The notes below the pieces were generated by a model. It was not told where the DNA came from. It saw only the letters and a list, made by a program, of their open reading frames with translations, and ran no database searches. The position numbers and the translations under genes are program-made. DNA of 64,000 bases from Pristiophorus japonicus. Lineage: Eukaryota. Shown piece by piece: positions 1-12,370 of this stretch; positions within the stretch are counted from its first letter, which is position 1, and every line of letters starts with the position of its first letter. The stretch is from the NCBI RefSeq assembly GCF_044704955.1, contig NC_091994.1:94550001-94614000 (forward strand), in the 5' to 3' direction.

Positions 1-402
1 GCGGAGGTGCAGCGAACGTTTGTGGCGGAAGAGCGGCGAGAGATCGTGGCGGAGGTGCGGCAAATGAGGATACGGGGCCCAGAAGAGTCGAGGGCCCAGG
101 GGCAGCACGGGTCAGCCCACACTACAATATGTCTGTGCACTAGGTCTGTGCAGCAGAGCAGGTCTCCAGTCGTCCTAGTTAATCCTTGCCACTGGATAAA
201 GGCCTAGCTCTGTCAAGCCCGTGTGGTGGCTGATGTGCAACGGTCACCACACGATAGAAAAATCCACAAACAGGCATCTTCCACCCCTTCAATTGGAGTT
301 CAGGGCTGGAATATTAGGTCCTTCATTGAAACATCTGTGAACTCTTGTGGAAGCAAGTCATCCTTGTTCAAGGGACCGCCTATGATGATGATGATGATGA
401 TG
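1..402 (+). mobile_element. Non-autonomous bipartite RTE-derived retroposon (RTE 5'UTR joined to RTE 3' tail), cut by window edge
   Basis: Body matches the 5'UTR of the RTE at 3920-4080 (ccttgccactgg...aagcccgtgtggt...caggcatcttccac). End matches the RTE 3' end gtggaagcaagtc..cctcg..gggac..cta followed by (TGA)n. Confidence 0.8.
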
Positions 403-3400
403 GACACATGTGACTTAGATGCAGTGATATTTTCAACCAACATCTCTGGGATAGTTGATGAGTCCAATGTGAAATGTGTGCTGTTTATCTCAGCCAAGGA
501 GCTTATCTCTGCTGCACTTGAACTTATTTCTGATCCATAAGATGATAGACTATTTGCGAATGTTGGTTTTTCTTCAGTTGCTAATGCCAATTGTGCTGTG
601 ATATGGGACACCTGTGTTGTAGAATGAGTAAAAGGTTTTGTAGAAGGTCGTTCAGTGAGGAAATGGTGGATAAAACTCCTTATTTTGGTATCTCAGAAAT
701 GGAGGAGATCTTTGGTGTAACGTAGGAAGATGTGCCGTCTTGAGACAGATTGATATGTGGAATTTGAAGGAATTTGTGATGAAGTGTCTGTGACTGTGGA
801 CATCTCTAGTGTGGGATATGTCAGAGGAGACGGGTGCTTCATGGCCTCCTGAATTATGGTACTCATTTCATAAGATGTAGATTCTGTTAATGAGGGGCTT
901 TCTACACACGTGGCTGAGATGGATTGATGGTGTCCATAGAGGAGACTGTAGCAGTGGAAGTGTGGCTTTTTCTGCTCGGAATGGAATGAGTGACTGACTC
1001 AGTTGTTCCTTCGGCTGTAAGTGCTAATACTGGTGTGTTATTTGATTCTTGTATGGTGGAATGTGAAGACTGTTGGCTGAGAATGGATGAAACAAAGGAG
1101 AAGGTTGATTTTCGTGTTCTCTGTGAAATGGGAAGAGAGGACTCTGCTTCAAAATGGGCTGAGGTTCTTGGATTTGGAGGAAAGGATAATGATATGGATG
1201 TTTGCAGGGGTTGTGATGACACCTCTGGAATAGTTTCCATTTCTAATCCAGAATAGATTGAGGAAACAGAGTTCATACTCTCCTGATACGCTGGATCTGT
1301 ATGCCTTGGAGTATTTGTTTCATGCAACATTGATTGCCTCACAGAGGATGATTTTATTGGTCTTGCGGACACATATGACTGAATGTACTTTATCTAGAAT
1401 GAATGAACTACTGAGTAAGCTTGATATGTGTGTTTCCTGAGAAATGCTAGTTTCTGGAAGAGATGAGTCATGTGGGAAATTTGTAAGAGTTTTTGATGAT
1501 GTCTCAAAGATAGTTGATGACAGAGACATAGAATACATTGAAGAAGAAGAACCATCCCCTGAGAAAAAGGAACAGTGTGAGCAATTGCACTTGTTTTATA
1601 TAATGCTGATTGTTCCAATTGGAAAGTTGTTATATGTGGCTGATCTGAGCTGCTTACCTCAGGGAAGGAGACTGCAATAGGTGGATGCACTTCTGTGCTA
1701 TGAGGCAGCTGAATGATTGAATAGGGTGATGCTTCTTCAGATGTTAATGGGGATTGTGTATCAGACACTTGTGTTGTGGACTGAGAAATAGATTTTAGAG
1801 ACGGCTGCTCAGTAACAGTAGTGGAAACAGTAGACCAGATGAATTGTTTTTCTGTCTCAGAAGTATGAGATGTTTTTGATGTGTCATAAGATGACATACT
1901 TTCTGGAGTGGGAGATATCTCTGTGTAGGTGGAGAGAAGTTGTGGTGAGGTCCGAGGGATAGTTGACAACTCTAACATGGAATATGTTGAAGAAAAAAAT
2001 AGGGCTTGTGGTCTCCTGAGATAAAGGAACAAGGTAAGCTATTGTTGTACTTGTTTCATATAATGTTGGCTTTGTTCATAGCAATGTTTTCATCAGTGTG
2101 GTCAACACATGTGGTTGAGATGGGTTGGTGATCTCCAGAGATATGGTTGCAGCAGTGGAAATGTGGATTTCTGTTGTGGAAGTTTTTATTTCTTCTAATG
2201 CCAATGTTGATTGAGATGTGGAATTTGATGGTTTCGATATGGAATTTGAAACAGAACTTGTGGAAAGTACTTTAGTGACAGTGGGTGACACAGTGGACAA
2301 GTTTGATACTTGCAATCTCTGTGAAATGGGGGGAAAGATGACTCTGCCATGACATTGAACGAGGCACTGGTTTCTGGAGGAGATGATACATGTATGGATT
2401 TTGGAAGTATGTGTGATGAAGTTTCTGGGATTGTTGACAGCTTGAAGTTGGAATTCATTGGAGAAGAAGTAGAGCTTGTGGTCTCCTGAGAAAGGGAAAC
2501 AACGTTAGCAAGTGTACTTGTTTTATGTGGTGCTGATTGGGCTGAGGATGCACTATCCATTAAAGGTCTTGCAAAGTGTCGCTGATGTGTGCTGTTTCTC
2601 AGTTGACGAGATTGGAATAGGTGAACTTACTTCTGTCCTGTGAGGTAGCTTTCTGATTGAGATGGTTGATGTTTCTACAAATGTTGATGGTGAATTTGTT
2701 GTAGTTTGGGACATCTGTGTGTTGGAATGAGAAACAAATATTGTAGAAGGTTGTTCAGAGACAGGAGGTGAACCTGTAAGCAAGATTGATTGTGTTATCG
2801 CAGGAGTGGGAGAATATGTCATTGATGTAAGATAGGAAGAGATACCCTCTGGGGGTGAAGATACCTGTGTGAAAGTAGAAGGAATTTTTGATGAAGTCTC
2901 TGGGATAGTTAATGATTCTGATCTGGGAAGATTGATAAATCAGAGGTCACAGACCCCTGTGAGACATGAACAGTGTGTACTCTCCTACATGTTCTGTACA
3001 TTGATGATTGCATGACAAAGGAGGAATCTGCTGGTGGAATAGCCACAACTGACTGAGATGGAATGATTGTCTCCATAGAACAATCTGTGGCACTAGATGC
3101 GAATTTTACTGTACTGGGTGAAGAATGAGTCATTGACCTCATTGTTTTATTCTCTGGTATCTGACAAGTTTGAGGATGAATGAGAAACAATGTGTGGTTA
3201 AAGTTCCTTCTTGTGTTCGCTCAGAAATGGGAGCACGGAACAACTCTGGTAAAATAAGAGGAAGATCTGGTCTCTGAATGGGACGATACATGTGGGGAAG
3301 TTGGAAGTGGTTGTAATGTGTTCCCAAGAATAGTTGATGATCCAAATGTGGAATTCATTATAGAAGAATTAGAGCTTGTAGTTTCCTGAGACAGCAGAAT

Positions 3401-3561
3401 TATTATATTCATTTCATATGGTGTTGATTCTGAAGATGACGCATCCATTGGTGTTGTGGACAACTGTGACTGAAATGGAATGCTGGTTTCTATAGAAGAG
3501 ACTGTAGGAATGGAAGCCTGTGTGAGAAGATTGTAGAATCTTCTGGGGACTTTATGTGTGG

Positions 3562-4928
3562 AGGTCGTCTGTCACCACGGGAGGTCCTCGATGACAGCTG
3601 GACCTCCTGTGGTGTCAGATGATCTCTTCCTCAACGATAACTGGGTCCCCCTCTCCCACGTCGGCAACTGGCCTCCCCTCCTCCTTCAGCGAAGGCTGGA
3701 GCTCTCCTTCCCCACTGGTGACCTGGCCTCTTCTCCTCCTCCAACACGTGGTGAGTACCATGTCTGTGAACCCCCTGCCCTCCCACCCTGAACCCCGGTG
3801 GGCCACTGACCCTCCAATGCCTGCCCTCAACCAGGCCTCGGACCACCTACTATCAAGGGTGCTACCCAGCGCCGAGCATACGGCCAACATCTTGCCGTAG
3901 GCAACTAGGCCCATACAGCAGTGCCTGGTCTCCAGTCATCTCGGATCCCCTTGCCACTGAATCAAGACCTTGCTCAGCTAAGCCCGTGTGGTAGCCGGTG
4001 TGCAACGACCACCCCATCTTAAAAGAACTCACGCACAGGCATCTTCCACTCTGTTAACATGAAGTTCGGGACCTGGAACATCAAGACCCTTATGGACAAC
4101 CCCAACAACGACAGGCCGGAACGCCGCACCGCCATAGTTGCCCAGGAACATACATGCTTTGATAGCGACATCGCCGCCCAAAGCGAGACCCGGCGGGCAG
4201 GGGAAGGCCAGCTCAATGAACAAGGTGGAGGTTACACCTTCTTCTGGAAAGGGAAACCAGAGGAAGAATGCCGCCTCCACGGAGTCAGCTTCGCCATCAA
4301 AAACAAGCTGGTTGACCGTCTCAAAGACTCCCCCTGCGGGGTTAACGAACACCTCTTGACTCTTCGACTCACCCTATCCCGGAATCAGTGCGCCACAGTC
4401 ATCAGTGCGTACGCCCCAACACTCGATGCAACTGATGAGGCCAAAGAGGGTTTTTACTCCAACCTCGAAAAATCTTTGTCCTGCGTCCCGGCGGGCAACA
4501 AACTGATCCTCCTCAGTGACTCCAACGCCAGGGTCGGCAAGGACACATGAAGCTCCTTCACGGCAAACGAGCCAAAGGTGGGCAGAGGAAACGTTACAAG
4601 GACAGCCTCAAAGCCTCCCTGATAAAGTACGTCATTCCAACTGACACCTGGGAGTCCCTGGCCAAAGACCACCCGAAGTGGAGAAAGTGCATCCGGGAGG
4701 GCGCTGAGCACTCGAGACGCGTCGCGAGAGCATGCAGAAATCAAGCGCAGCTATTGGAACGAGCATGCGGCAAACCAGTCCCACCTACCCCTTCCCTCAA
4801 CGGCTGCCTGTCCCACCTATGACAGAGTCTGTGGCTCTCATATTGGACTGTTCAGCCACCAAAGAACTCACTTCAGGAGTGGAAGCAAGTCTTCCTCGAT
4901 TCCGAGGGACTGTCTATGATGATGATGA
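3562..4928 (+). mobile_element. Internally deleted RTE-clade LINE (5'UTR + APE endonuclease N-terminus fused to ORF C-terminus; no RT)
   Basis: ORF 4059-4550 MKFGTWNIKTL...SETRRAGEG...ISAYAPT...SDSNARVG is an RTE endonuclease. It jumps at ~4546 to the RTE C-terminus (GGQRKRYKDSLKASL). (GAT)n tail. TSD ttatgtgtgg at 3552-3561 and 4929-4938. Confidence 0.9.
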
Positions 4929-5799
4929 TTATGTGTGGCTGATGGGGGCTGCTTATCTCGTTTGAAGAGAACTCAAAGGATGAACTCAATTCTGTTTTAC
5001 GGGGTGACTGAGTAATTAAGAAGGCAGATGTTTCTTCAGCTGTTAATGCTGATTCTGCTGTAGTATAGGGTGCTTGTGGTAGAATCAGAAAGAGGCATTG
5101 TAGAAGGTTGTTAAGTGATAGTGAATAAAATGAGATATGAAGTTGATTATTTTGTTTGATGAAAGGCAGGAAGAGATACTTCCTGGAAAGGAAGATGCCT
5201 GTGTGGATGTTGAAGGAATTTTTGATGAAGTCTCTTGGATAGCTGCCGACCCTAATGTGGAAGAGATTGAAGATGCAGAGATCAGAGCGGCATGAGATTC
5301 AGAAACATTGTGTGTTGCTGTACTTGTTTTGTGTGATGTTGTTTCTGCCCAATGGTGAGATTTCTGTTGGAGTGGATAAAGGAGCCTCTGATAGATAGTC
5401 CGTCACCATGGCAGAGATTACAACAGAGGAAGTCTGGATTTCTGTACTCTCACATGAATGTGCAACTGAACTGGATGTTGTCTGTTTTGTTGTAAGTATT
5501 GACTATAAGTTAGTGTTTAGCACAGATGAGGGCACAGTGGAAAAAAGGACATTTGAAGCTAATTCTTGCAATTTCTCAGAAGTAGGAAAATAAATATCTG
5601 GTGTAGCATACACTGAGGTATTTTCTGGAGTAGAGATGAGTGTGGAAGTTGCAATTTTGTTAAGCTGAAGTCTCTGGGATAGTTAATGATTTTAATATGG
5701 AGTAAATGACCCAGATCTGATACTGCTCTGAGATGCAGGTACACTGTGAGTTATTGTATCGGTTTCATGTAATTTGGATACAAGGTTTCCATAGGTGTA

Positions 5800-6031
5800 G
5801 GCAGGGGATTTATCCCCGGTGCCAATATTTATCCCTCAATCAACATCATTAAAAAAACAGATTATCTGGTCATTGCTGTATGTGGGAGCTTGCTGTGCGC
5901 AAATTGGCTGCCCCATTTCCCACAAGACAACAGTGACTACACTTCAAAAAGTACTTATTGGCTGTAAAGCGCTTTGAGATGTCAAATGGTCATGAAAGGC
6001 GCTATATAAATGCAAGTCTTTCTTTATTTCT
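5800..6031 (+). mobile_element. 3' part of Deu-domain SINE (SacSINE1-like)
   Basis: ccaatatttatccctcaatcaacatc...gcttgctgtgcgcaaattggctgcc...gtaaagcgctttg...aaggcgctatataaatgcaagtctttcttt; same family as 52392-52785. Confidence 0.8.
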
Positions 6032-7049
6032 TCACAGACAGATCACTTGTCTCAATAGAAGAAACTGACCAGTGGAAGTTTGAATTACAGTATCAGGAGA
6101 TGATGTAGCAATTGTTGTGGTGATTGTTTGATCTGATGGTAGAGTGGTAGACTGTGGAACTGACATTGTGGAAGGTTCTGTACAGGCACTGGATGGAAAA
6201 GTAGATGAGGCTGATTCTTGTATTACCTCAGAAGTGGAAGAAAAATATGTCTTTGATGGAATAGACTGGGTTATTGATTCATCTGAAGTTAATGTTAATT
6301 GTGAGCTCATTATTGAGACGTGAGAGGCGGAATGTGAAACTGGTGATGTTGCAGATTCTGAATTTACAATGGATGAAAAACTGGATGAGCTTGTTTGTTG
6401 TATTATGTCAGATCTCAGTGACGGAGAAACCACTGATAAAATTTGAGGTAAGCTACTTTGTGGAAAGGAAGATATATGCAGGTAAGTTGAAAGGATTTGC
6501 GATGAGCTCTCTGGGACAGTTGGGACTCTAATTAGACTGCTATACTCTGAGGCAATCGAACAAATGAAATAGTCATTGATCCTATTGAGGAGAGAGGAAC
6601 ATTGTGAGTTACAGTACTTTTTATATCTGAAGTTGATTCCATTAAAGATAAGGTTTCCTTTGGTATTGTCTGATGTGAATCAGATGGAATGACTGTCTCC
6701 AGAGGAGAAATTGCGGCTGAAGGTTGGATTTTGTGTATTATCAGATGATTGAGTGTTTGGCGTAGTTGTTTTTTTGGTCTAAATGCAGATTGTGGTAGGT
6801 TATTCGACATTTGTGAGAGAGAATATGAAATCAATCTTACAGCAGGCTCTTCTTTGAGAATGAAAGCAGCAGGGGATGAGGCTACGTTCTCTGAACTCTG
6901 AGAAGATGATAGCTCTGTTGTAGATAGACTGACGTATTTTCCAAAGAGCAAGATGTATGGTTAGATGTTGGAATACTTGTTGCATGAGATTGAGCAATAT
7001 TGAACGTCTCAGTAAAAGACTGTGCTGAACTAAAATTAAGGACTTCTGC

Positions 7050-7560
7050 ATCATTAGATGAATGTTGTACACTTCAGGTGATGGTTCTCTACTGATAGGT
7101 GGCTGTACAATAGTGTTAGGTGTCTGTACTGTACTGATAGGTGACTGTACAGTAGTGTTAGGTACCTGCTCTGCAGTGTTGGATGACTGTACTGTAGTAT
7201 TGGGTGATGGTTCTGTCGTGTTAGGTGACTGTTCATTAATGGTGACTATTCTGTACATTCTGTATTGTTAGCTGACTGTTCTGTACTGTTCGGTGACTGT
7301 TTATACTGGTAGGTGACTGTTTTGTAGTGTTCGTTGAATGTTCTCTATAGTTAGTTGTCTGTCCTGTATTGTAAGTGGAATGTTCTGTACTGTAAGTGGA
7401 ATGTTCTGTACTGTTAGGGGACAATTCTGTAATGTTAGATGACGGTTCTCTATTGTTTGGTGATTGTTTTATGTTGCTAGGTGACAGTTCAGTAATGTTA
7501 GGTGCCAGTTATGTATTTTGTTAGGTGACAGTTCTGTATTGTTAGGTGAGAGTTCAGTAA
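7050..7560 (-). repeat. Degenerate 21-bp tandem repeat encoding TTEQSPN-like heptapeptides (continues at 11843-11925)
   Basis: Unit approx gttaggtgactgttctgtagt on +; minus-strand ORF 6800-7258 reads EQSPNTTEPSPNTTVQSSNTAEQVPNTTVQSP. Confidence 0.75.
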
Positions 7561-10500
7561 TAAGAACATAAGAACATAAGAAATAGGAACAGGAGTAGGC
7601 CATACGGCCCCTCGAGCCTGCTCCGCCATTTAATACGATCATGGCTGATCCGATCATGGACTCAGGTCCACTTCCCTGCCCGCTCTCCATAACTCCTTAT
7701 ACCCTTATCGTTTAAGAAACTGTCTATTTCTGATTTAAATTTATTCAATGTCCCAGCTGCCAAAGCTCTAGTAGGCAGCGAATTCCACAGATTTACAACA
7801 CTCTGAGAGAAGAAATTTCTCCTCATCCAAGTTTTAAATGGGCAGCCCCTTATTCTAAGATTATGGTCTCTAGTTCTAGACTTCCCTATCAGTGGAAACA
7901 TCCTCTCTGCATCCACCTTGTCAAGCCCACTCATAATCTTATACGTTTCGATAAGATCACCTCTCATTCTTCTGAATTCCAATAAGTAGAGGCCCAACCT
8001 ACTCAACCTTTCCTCATGTCAACCCACTCATCTCCGGAATCAACCTAGTGAACCTCTTTGAACTGCCTCCAAAGCAAGTATACCCTTTCGTAAATATGAA
8101 AAACAAAACTGCATGCAGTATTCCAGGTGTGGCCTCACCAATACCCTATATAACTGTAGCAAGACTTCCCTGTTTTTATACTCCATCCCTTTTGCAATAA
8201 ATGCCAAGATTCCATTGGCCTTCCGGATCACTTGATGTACCTGCATACTATCCTTCTGTGTTTCATGCACAAGTACCCCCAGGTCCCCCTGTACTGCAGC
8301 ACTTTGCAATCTTTCTCCATTTAAATAATAACTTGCTCTTTGATTTTTCCTGCCAAAGTGCATGACCTCACACTTTCCAACATTATACTCCATCTGCCAA
8401 ATTTTTGCCCACTCACTTAGCCTGTCTATGTCCTTTTGCAGATTTTTTGTGTTCTCCTCACACATCGCTTTTCCTCCCATCTTGGTATCGTCGGCAAACT
8501 TGGCTACGTTACACTCAGTCCCTTTTTCCAAGTCGTTAATACAGATTGTAAATAGTTGGGGTCCCAGCACTGATCCCTGCAGCACCCCACTAGTTACTGA
8601 TTGCCAACCCGAGAATGACCATTTATCCCTACACTCTGTTTTCTGTTCATTAGCCAATCCTCTATCCATACTAATATATTACCCCCAACCCCGTGAAATT
8701 TTATTTTGTGCAGTAACCTTTTATGTGGCACCCTATCGAATGCCTTCTGGAAGTCCAAATACATCACATCCACTGGTTCCCTTTATCCACCCTGATCGTT
8801 ACATCCACAAAGAATTCTAGCAAATTTGTCAAACATGACTTCCCCTTCATAAATCCATGCTGACTCTGCCTGACCGAATTCTGCTTTTCCAAATGTCATG
8901 CTACTGCTTCTTTAATAATGGACTCCAACATTTTCCCAACCCCTGATGCTAGGCTAACTGGTCTACAGTTTGCTGCTTTTTGTCTGCCTCCTTTTTTAAA
9001 TAGGAGCGTTACATTTGCAGTTTTCCAATGTGCTGGGACCTCCCCAGAATCCAGGGAATTTTGGTAAATTACAACCAATGCATCCACAATCCCTGCCGCT
9101 ACTTCTATTAAGACCCTAGGATGCAAGCCATCAGGTCCAGGGGATTTATCTGCCTTTAGTCCCATTATCTTACTGAGTACCACCTCCTTAGTGATTGTGA
9201 TTGTGTTAAGTTCCTCCCCCCTATAGCCCTTTGATTATCCACGGTTGGAATATTGTTAGTGTTCTCTACCATAAAGACTGATACAAAATATTTGTTCAGA
9301 GTTTCTGCCATCTCCATGTTCCCCATTACTAATTCCCCAGTCTCGTCCTCTAAGGGACCAACATTTACTTTAACCACTCTTTTCCTTTTTATATACCTAT
9401 AGAAACTCTTGCTATCTGTTTTTTATTTCGTGCTTATATACTTTCATAGTCTATCTTCCCTTTCTTAATCATTTTTTTAATCATTCTTTACTGGCTTTTA
9501 AAAGCTTCCCAATCTTCTGTCCTCCCACTAGTTTTGGCCACTTTGTATGCCCTTGTTTTTAACTAGATGCCGTCCTCTATTTCTTTATTTAGCCACGGAT
9601 GACTATCTTTTCTCTTACACCCTTTCCTCCCCACTGGAATATATTTTTCTTGAAAGTTGTGAAATATCTCCTTAAATGTATATAAGAACATAAGAAATAG
9701 GAGCAGAAGTAGGCCACATGGCCCCTCGAGCCTGCTCCGCCATTTAATACGATCATGGCTGATCCGATCATGAACTCAGCTCCACTTCCCTGCCAGCTCT
9801 CCATAACCCTTTATTCCCTTATCATATAAGAAACTGTCTATTTCTGATTTAAATTTATTCAATGTCCCAGCTTCCACAGCTCTCTGAGGCAGCAAATTCC
9901 ACAGATGCACAACCATCTGAGAGAAGAAATTTTTCCTCATCTCAGTTTTAAATGAGTGGCCCCTTATTCTAAGATTATGCCCTCTAGTTTTAGTCTCCCC
10001 TATCAGTGGAAACATCCTCTCTGCATCCATCTTTTCAAGCTGCCTCATAATCTTATACATTATCAGTGAAAACATCCTCTCTGCATCCATCTTTTCAAGC
10101 TGCCTCATAATCTTATACATTTCGATAAGATCACCTCTCATTCTTCTGAACTCCAATGAGTAGAAGCCCAACCAACTCAAAGTTTCCTCATAAGTCAACC
10201 CCCCCATCTCTGGAATCAACCTTGTGAACCTTCTCTGAACTGCCTCCAAAGCAAGTATATCCTCTCGTAAATATGGAAATCAAAACTGCACGCAGTATTC
10301 CAGGTGTGGCCTCACCATTACCCTGTACAATTGTAGCAAGACTTCCCTGCTTTTATACTCCATCCCCTTTGCAATAAAGGCCAAGATTCCATTGGCCTTC
10401 CGGATCACTTGCTGTACCTGCATACTAACCTTTTGTGTTTCATGCACAAGTACCCCCAGGTCCCGCTGTACTGCAGCACTTTGCAGTCTTTCTCCATTTA

Positions 10501-11842
10501 AATAATAACTTGCTCTTTGATTTTTCCTGCCAAAGTGCATGACCTCACACTTTCCAACATTATACTCCATCTGCCAAATTTTTGCCCACTCACTTAGCCT
10601 GTCTATGTCCTTTTGCAGATTTTTTGTGTTCTCCTCACACATTGCTTTTCCTCCCATCTTTGTATCGTCGGCAAACTTGGCTACGTTACACTCAGTCCCT
10701 TTTTCCAAGTCGTTAATATAGATTGTAAATAGTTGGGGTCCCAGCACTGATCCCTGCGGCACCCCACTAGTTACTGATTGCCAACCCGAGAATGACCATT
10801 TATCCCTACACTCTGTTTTCTGTTCGTTAGCCAATCCTCTATCCATGCTAATCTTTTACCCCCAACCCCGTGAAATTTTATTTTGTGCAGTAACCTGTTA
10901 TGTGGCACCCTATCGAATGCCTTCTGGAAGTCCAAATACACCACATCCACTGGTTCCCCGTTATCCATCCTGATCGTTACATCCACAAAGAATTCTAGCA
11001 AATTTGTCAAACATGACTTCCCCTTCATAAATCCATGCTAACTCTGCCTGACCAAATGTTGCTTTTCCAAATGTCCTGCTACTGCTTCTTTAATAATGGA
11101 CTCCAACATTTTCCCAACCACAGATGTTATGCTAACTGGTCTATAGATTTTTGTCTGCCTCCTTTTTTAAATAGGAGTGTTACATTTGCAGCTTTCCAAT
11201 CTGCTGGTACCTCCCCAGAATCTAGGGAATTTTGGTAAATTACAACCAATGCATCCAAAATCCCTGCCACTACTTCTCTTAAGATCCTAGGATGCAAGGT
11301 CCAGGGGATTTATCCGCCTTTAGTCCCATTATCTTACTGAGTAACACCTCCTTAGTGATTGTGATTGTGTTAAGAACCTCCCCCCCCATAGCCCTTTGAC
11401 TATCCACTTTGGAAAATTATTAATGTCCCCTACTGTAAAGACTGATACAAAATATTTGTTCACTACTGTTCATCAACTGCCCTAGACTTTAATCTATTTT
11501 CCCAATCCACTTTAGCCAACTCCGCTCTCATACCTTCATAGTTTCCTTTATTTAAGCTCAGTTCGCTGGTTAGAGATCCAACTTTCTCACCCTCCATCTG
11601 AATTTGAAAATCAATCATGGTATGATCACTCTTTCCAAGGGGATCCTTTACTAGGAGATTGTTTATTAATCCTGTCTCAGTACACAGGACCAGATCTAAG
11701 ATAGTCTGCCCCCTGGTTGGTTCCGTTACTTACTGCTCAAGGAACCCGTCGCTTATGCACTCTATGAACTCTTCCTCAAGACTTCCCTGACCAACTTGAT
11801 TTGTCCAGTCAATATGGAGGTTAAAATCTTCCATGATTATTG
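7561..11842 (-). mobile_element. CR1 LINE (ORF2 remnant), split by a nested CR1; pieces 7561-9682 and 11463-11842
   Basis: RT motifs GVLQGSVLGP, KFADDTK, RPHLEYC; EN fragment IIMEDFNLHIDW; (taagaaca)n tail at 7561. Sequence at 9680 continues collinearly at 11463. Confidence 0.9.
9683..11462 (-). mobile_element. 5'-truncated CR1 LINE nested in a near-identical CR1
   Basis: Own 3' tail at 9683; RT ORFs 9776-11028; near-identical to 7561-9300; contains a 60-bp tandem duplication at 10001-10120. Confidence 0.9.
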
Positions 11843-12272
11843 CTGTTTGGTGACAGTTCAGTAATGTTAGGTGCCAGTTCTCTATTGTTAGGTGACTGTT
11901 GTGTCCTGTAAGTTGAGTTAATGTCAACTTTGGTGGAATGGTTGCCACATCTGTGAGAAATTTGAGAGTGTACTTGTAGAAAGTTTTGATCTGATAATGG
12001 GATGGAACAGTGAATGAGTTGGATTGTCCTATTGTCTAAAATTCCGAGGAAGGGAGTGCCTCTGCCATGCCATTTGTTGAGGGACTGACTTCTGGAGGGG
12101 TTGATAAGAGGGTTTGTAATGAATTCTGTGCAAGAGATGATGGGTCGAATGTGGTATATGTGGAAGAACCGGAGCTCGTGGTCATCTGAGAAACGGGCAC
12201 AGTGTGACTTACTGAAATAGTTTCATACAATAAAGAGGATCTCTCAGCTATTGTAGTTTCAGTCTCTCAGTG

Positions 12273-12370
12273 GAAACATAGAAACACAGAAACATAGAAA
12301 ATAGGTGCAGGAGTAGGCCATTCGGCCCTTCGAGCCTGCACCACCATTCAATGAGTTCATGGCTGAACAT
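12273..12370 (-). mobile_element. Short CR1 3'-end fragment
   Basis: (gaaacata)n tail plus aggagtaggccattcggcccttcgagcctgc 3'UTR. Confidence 0.85.
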
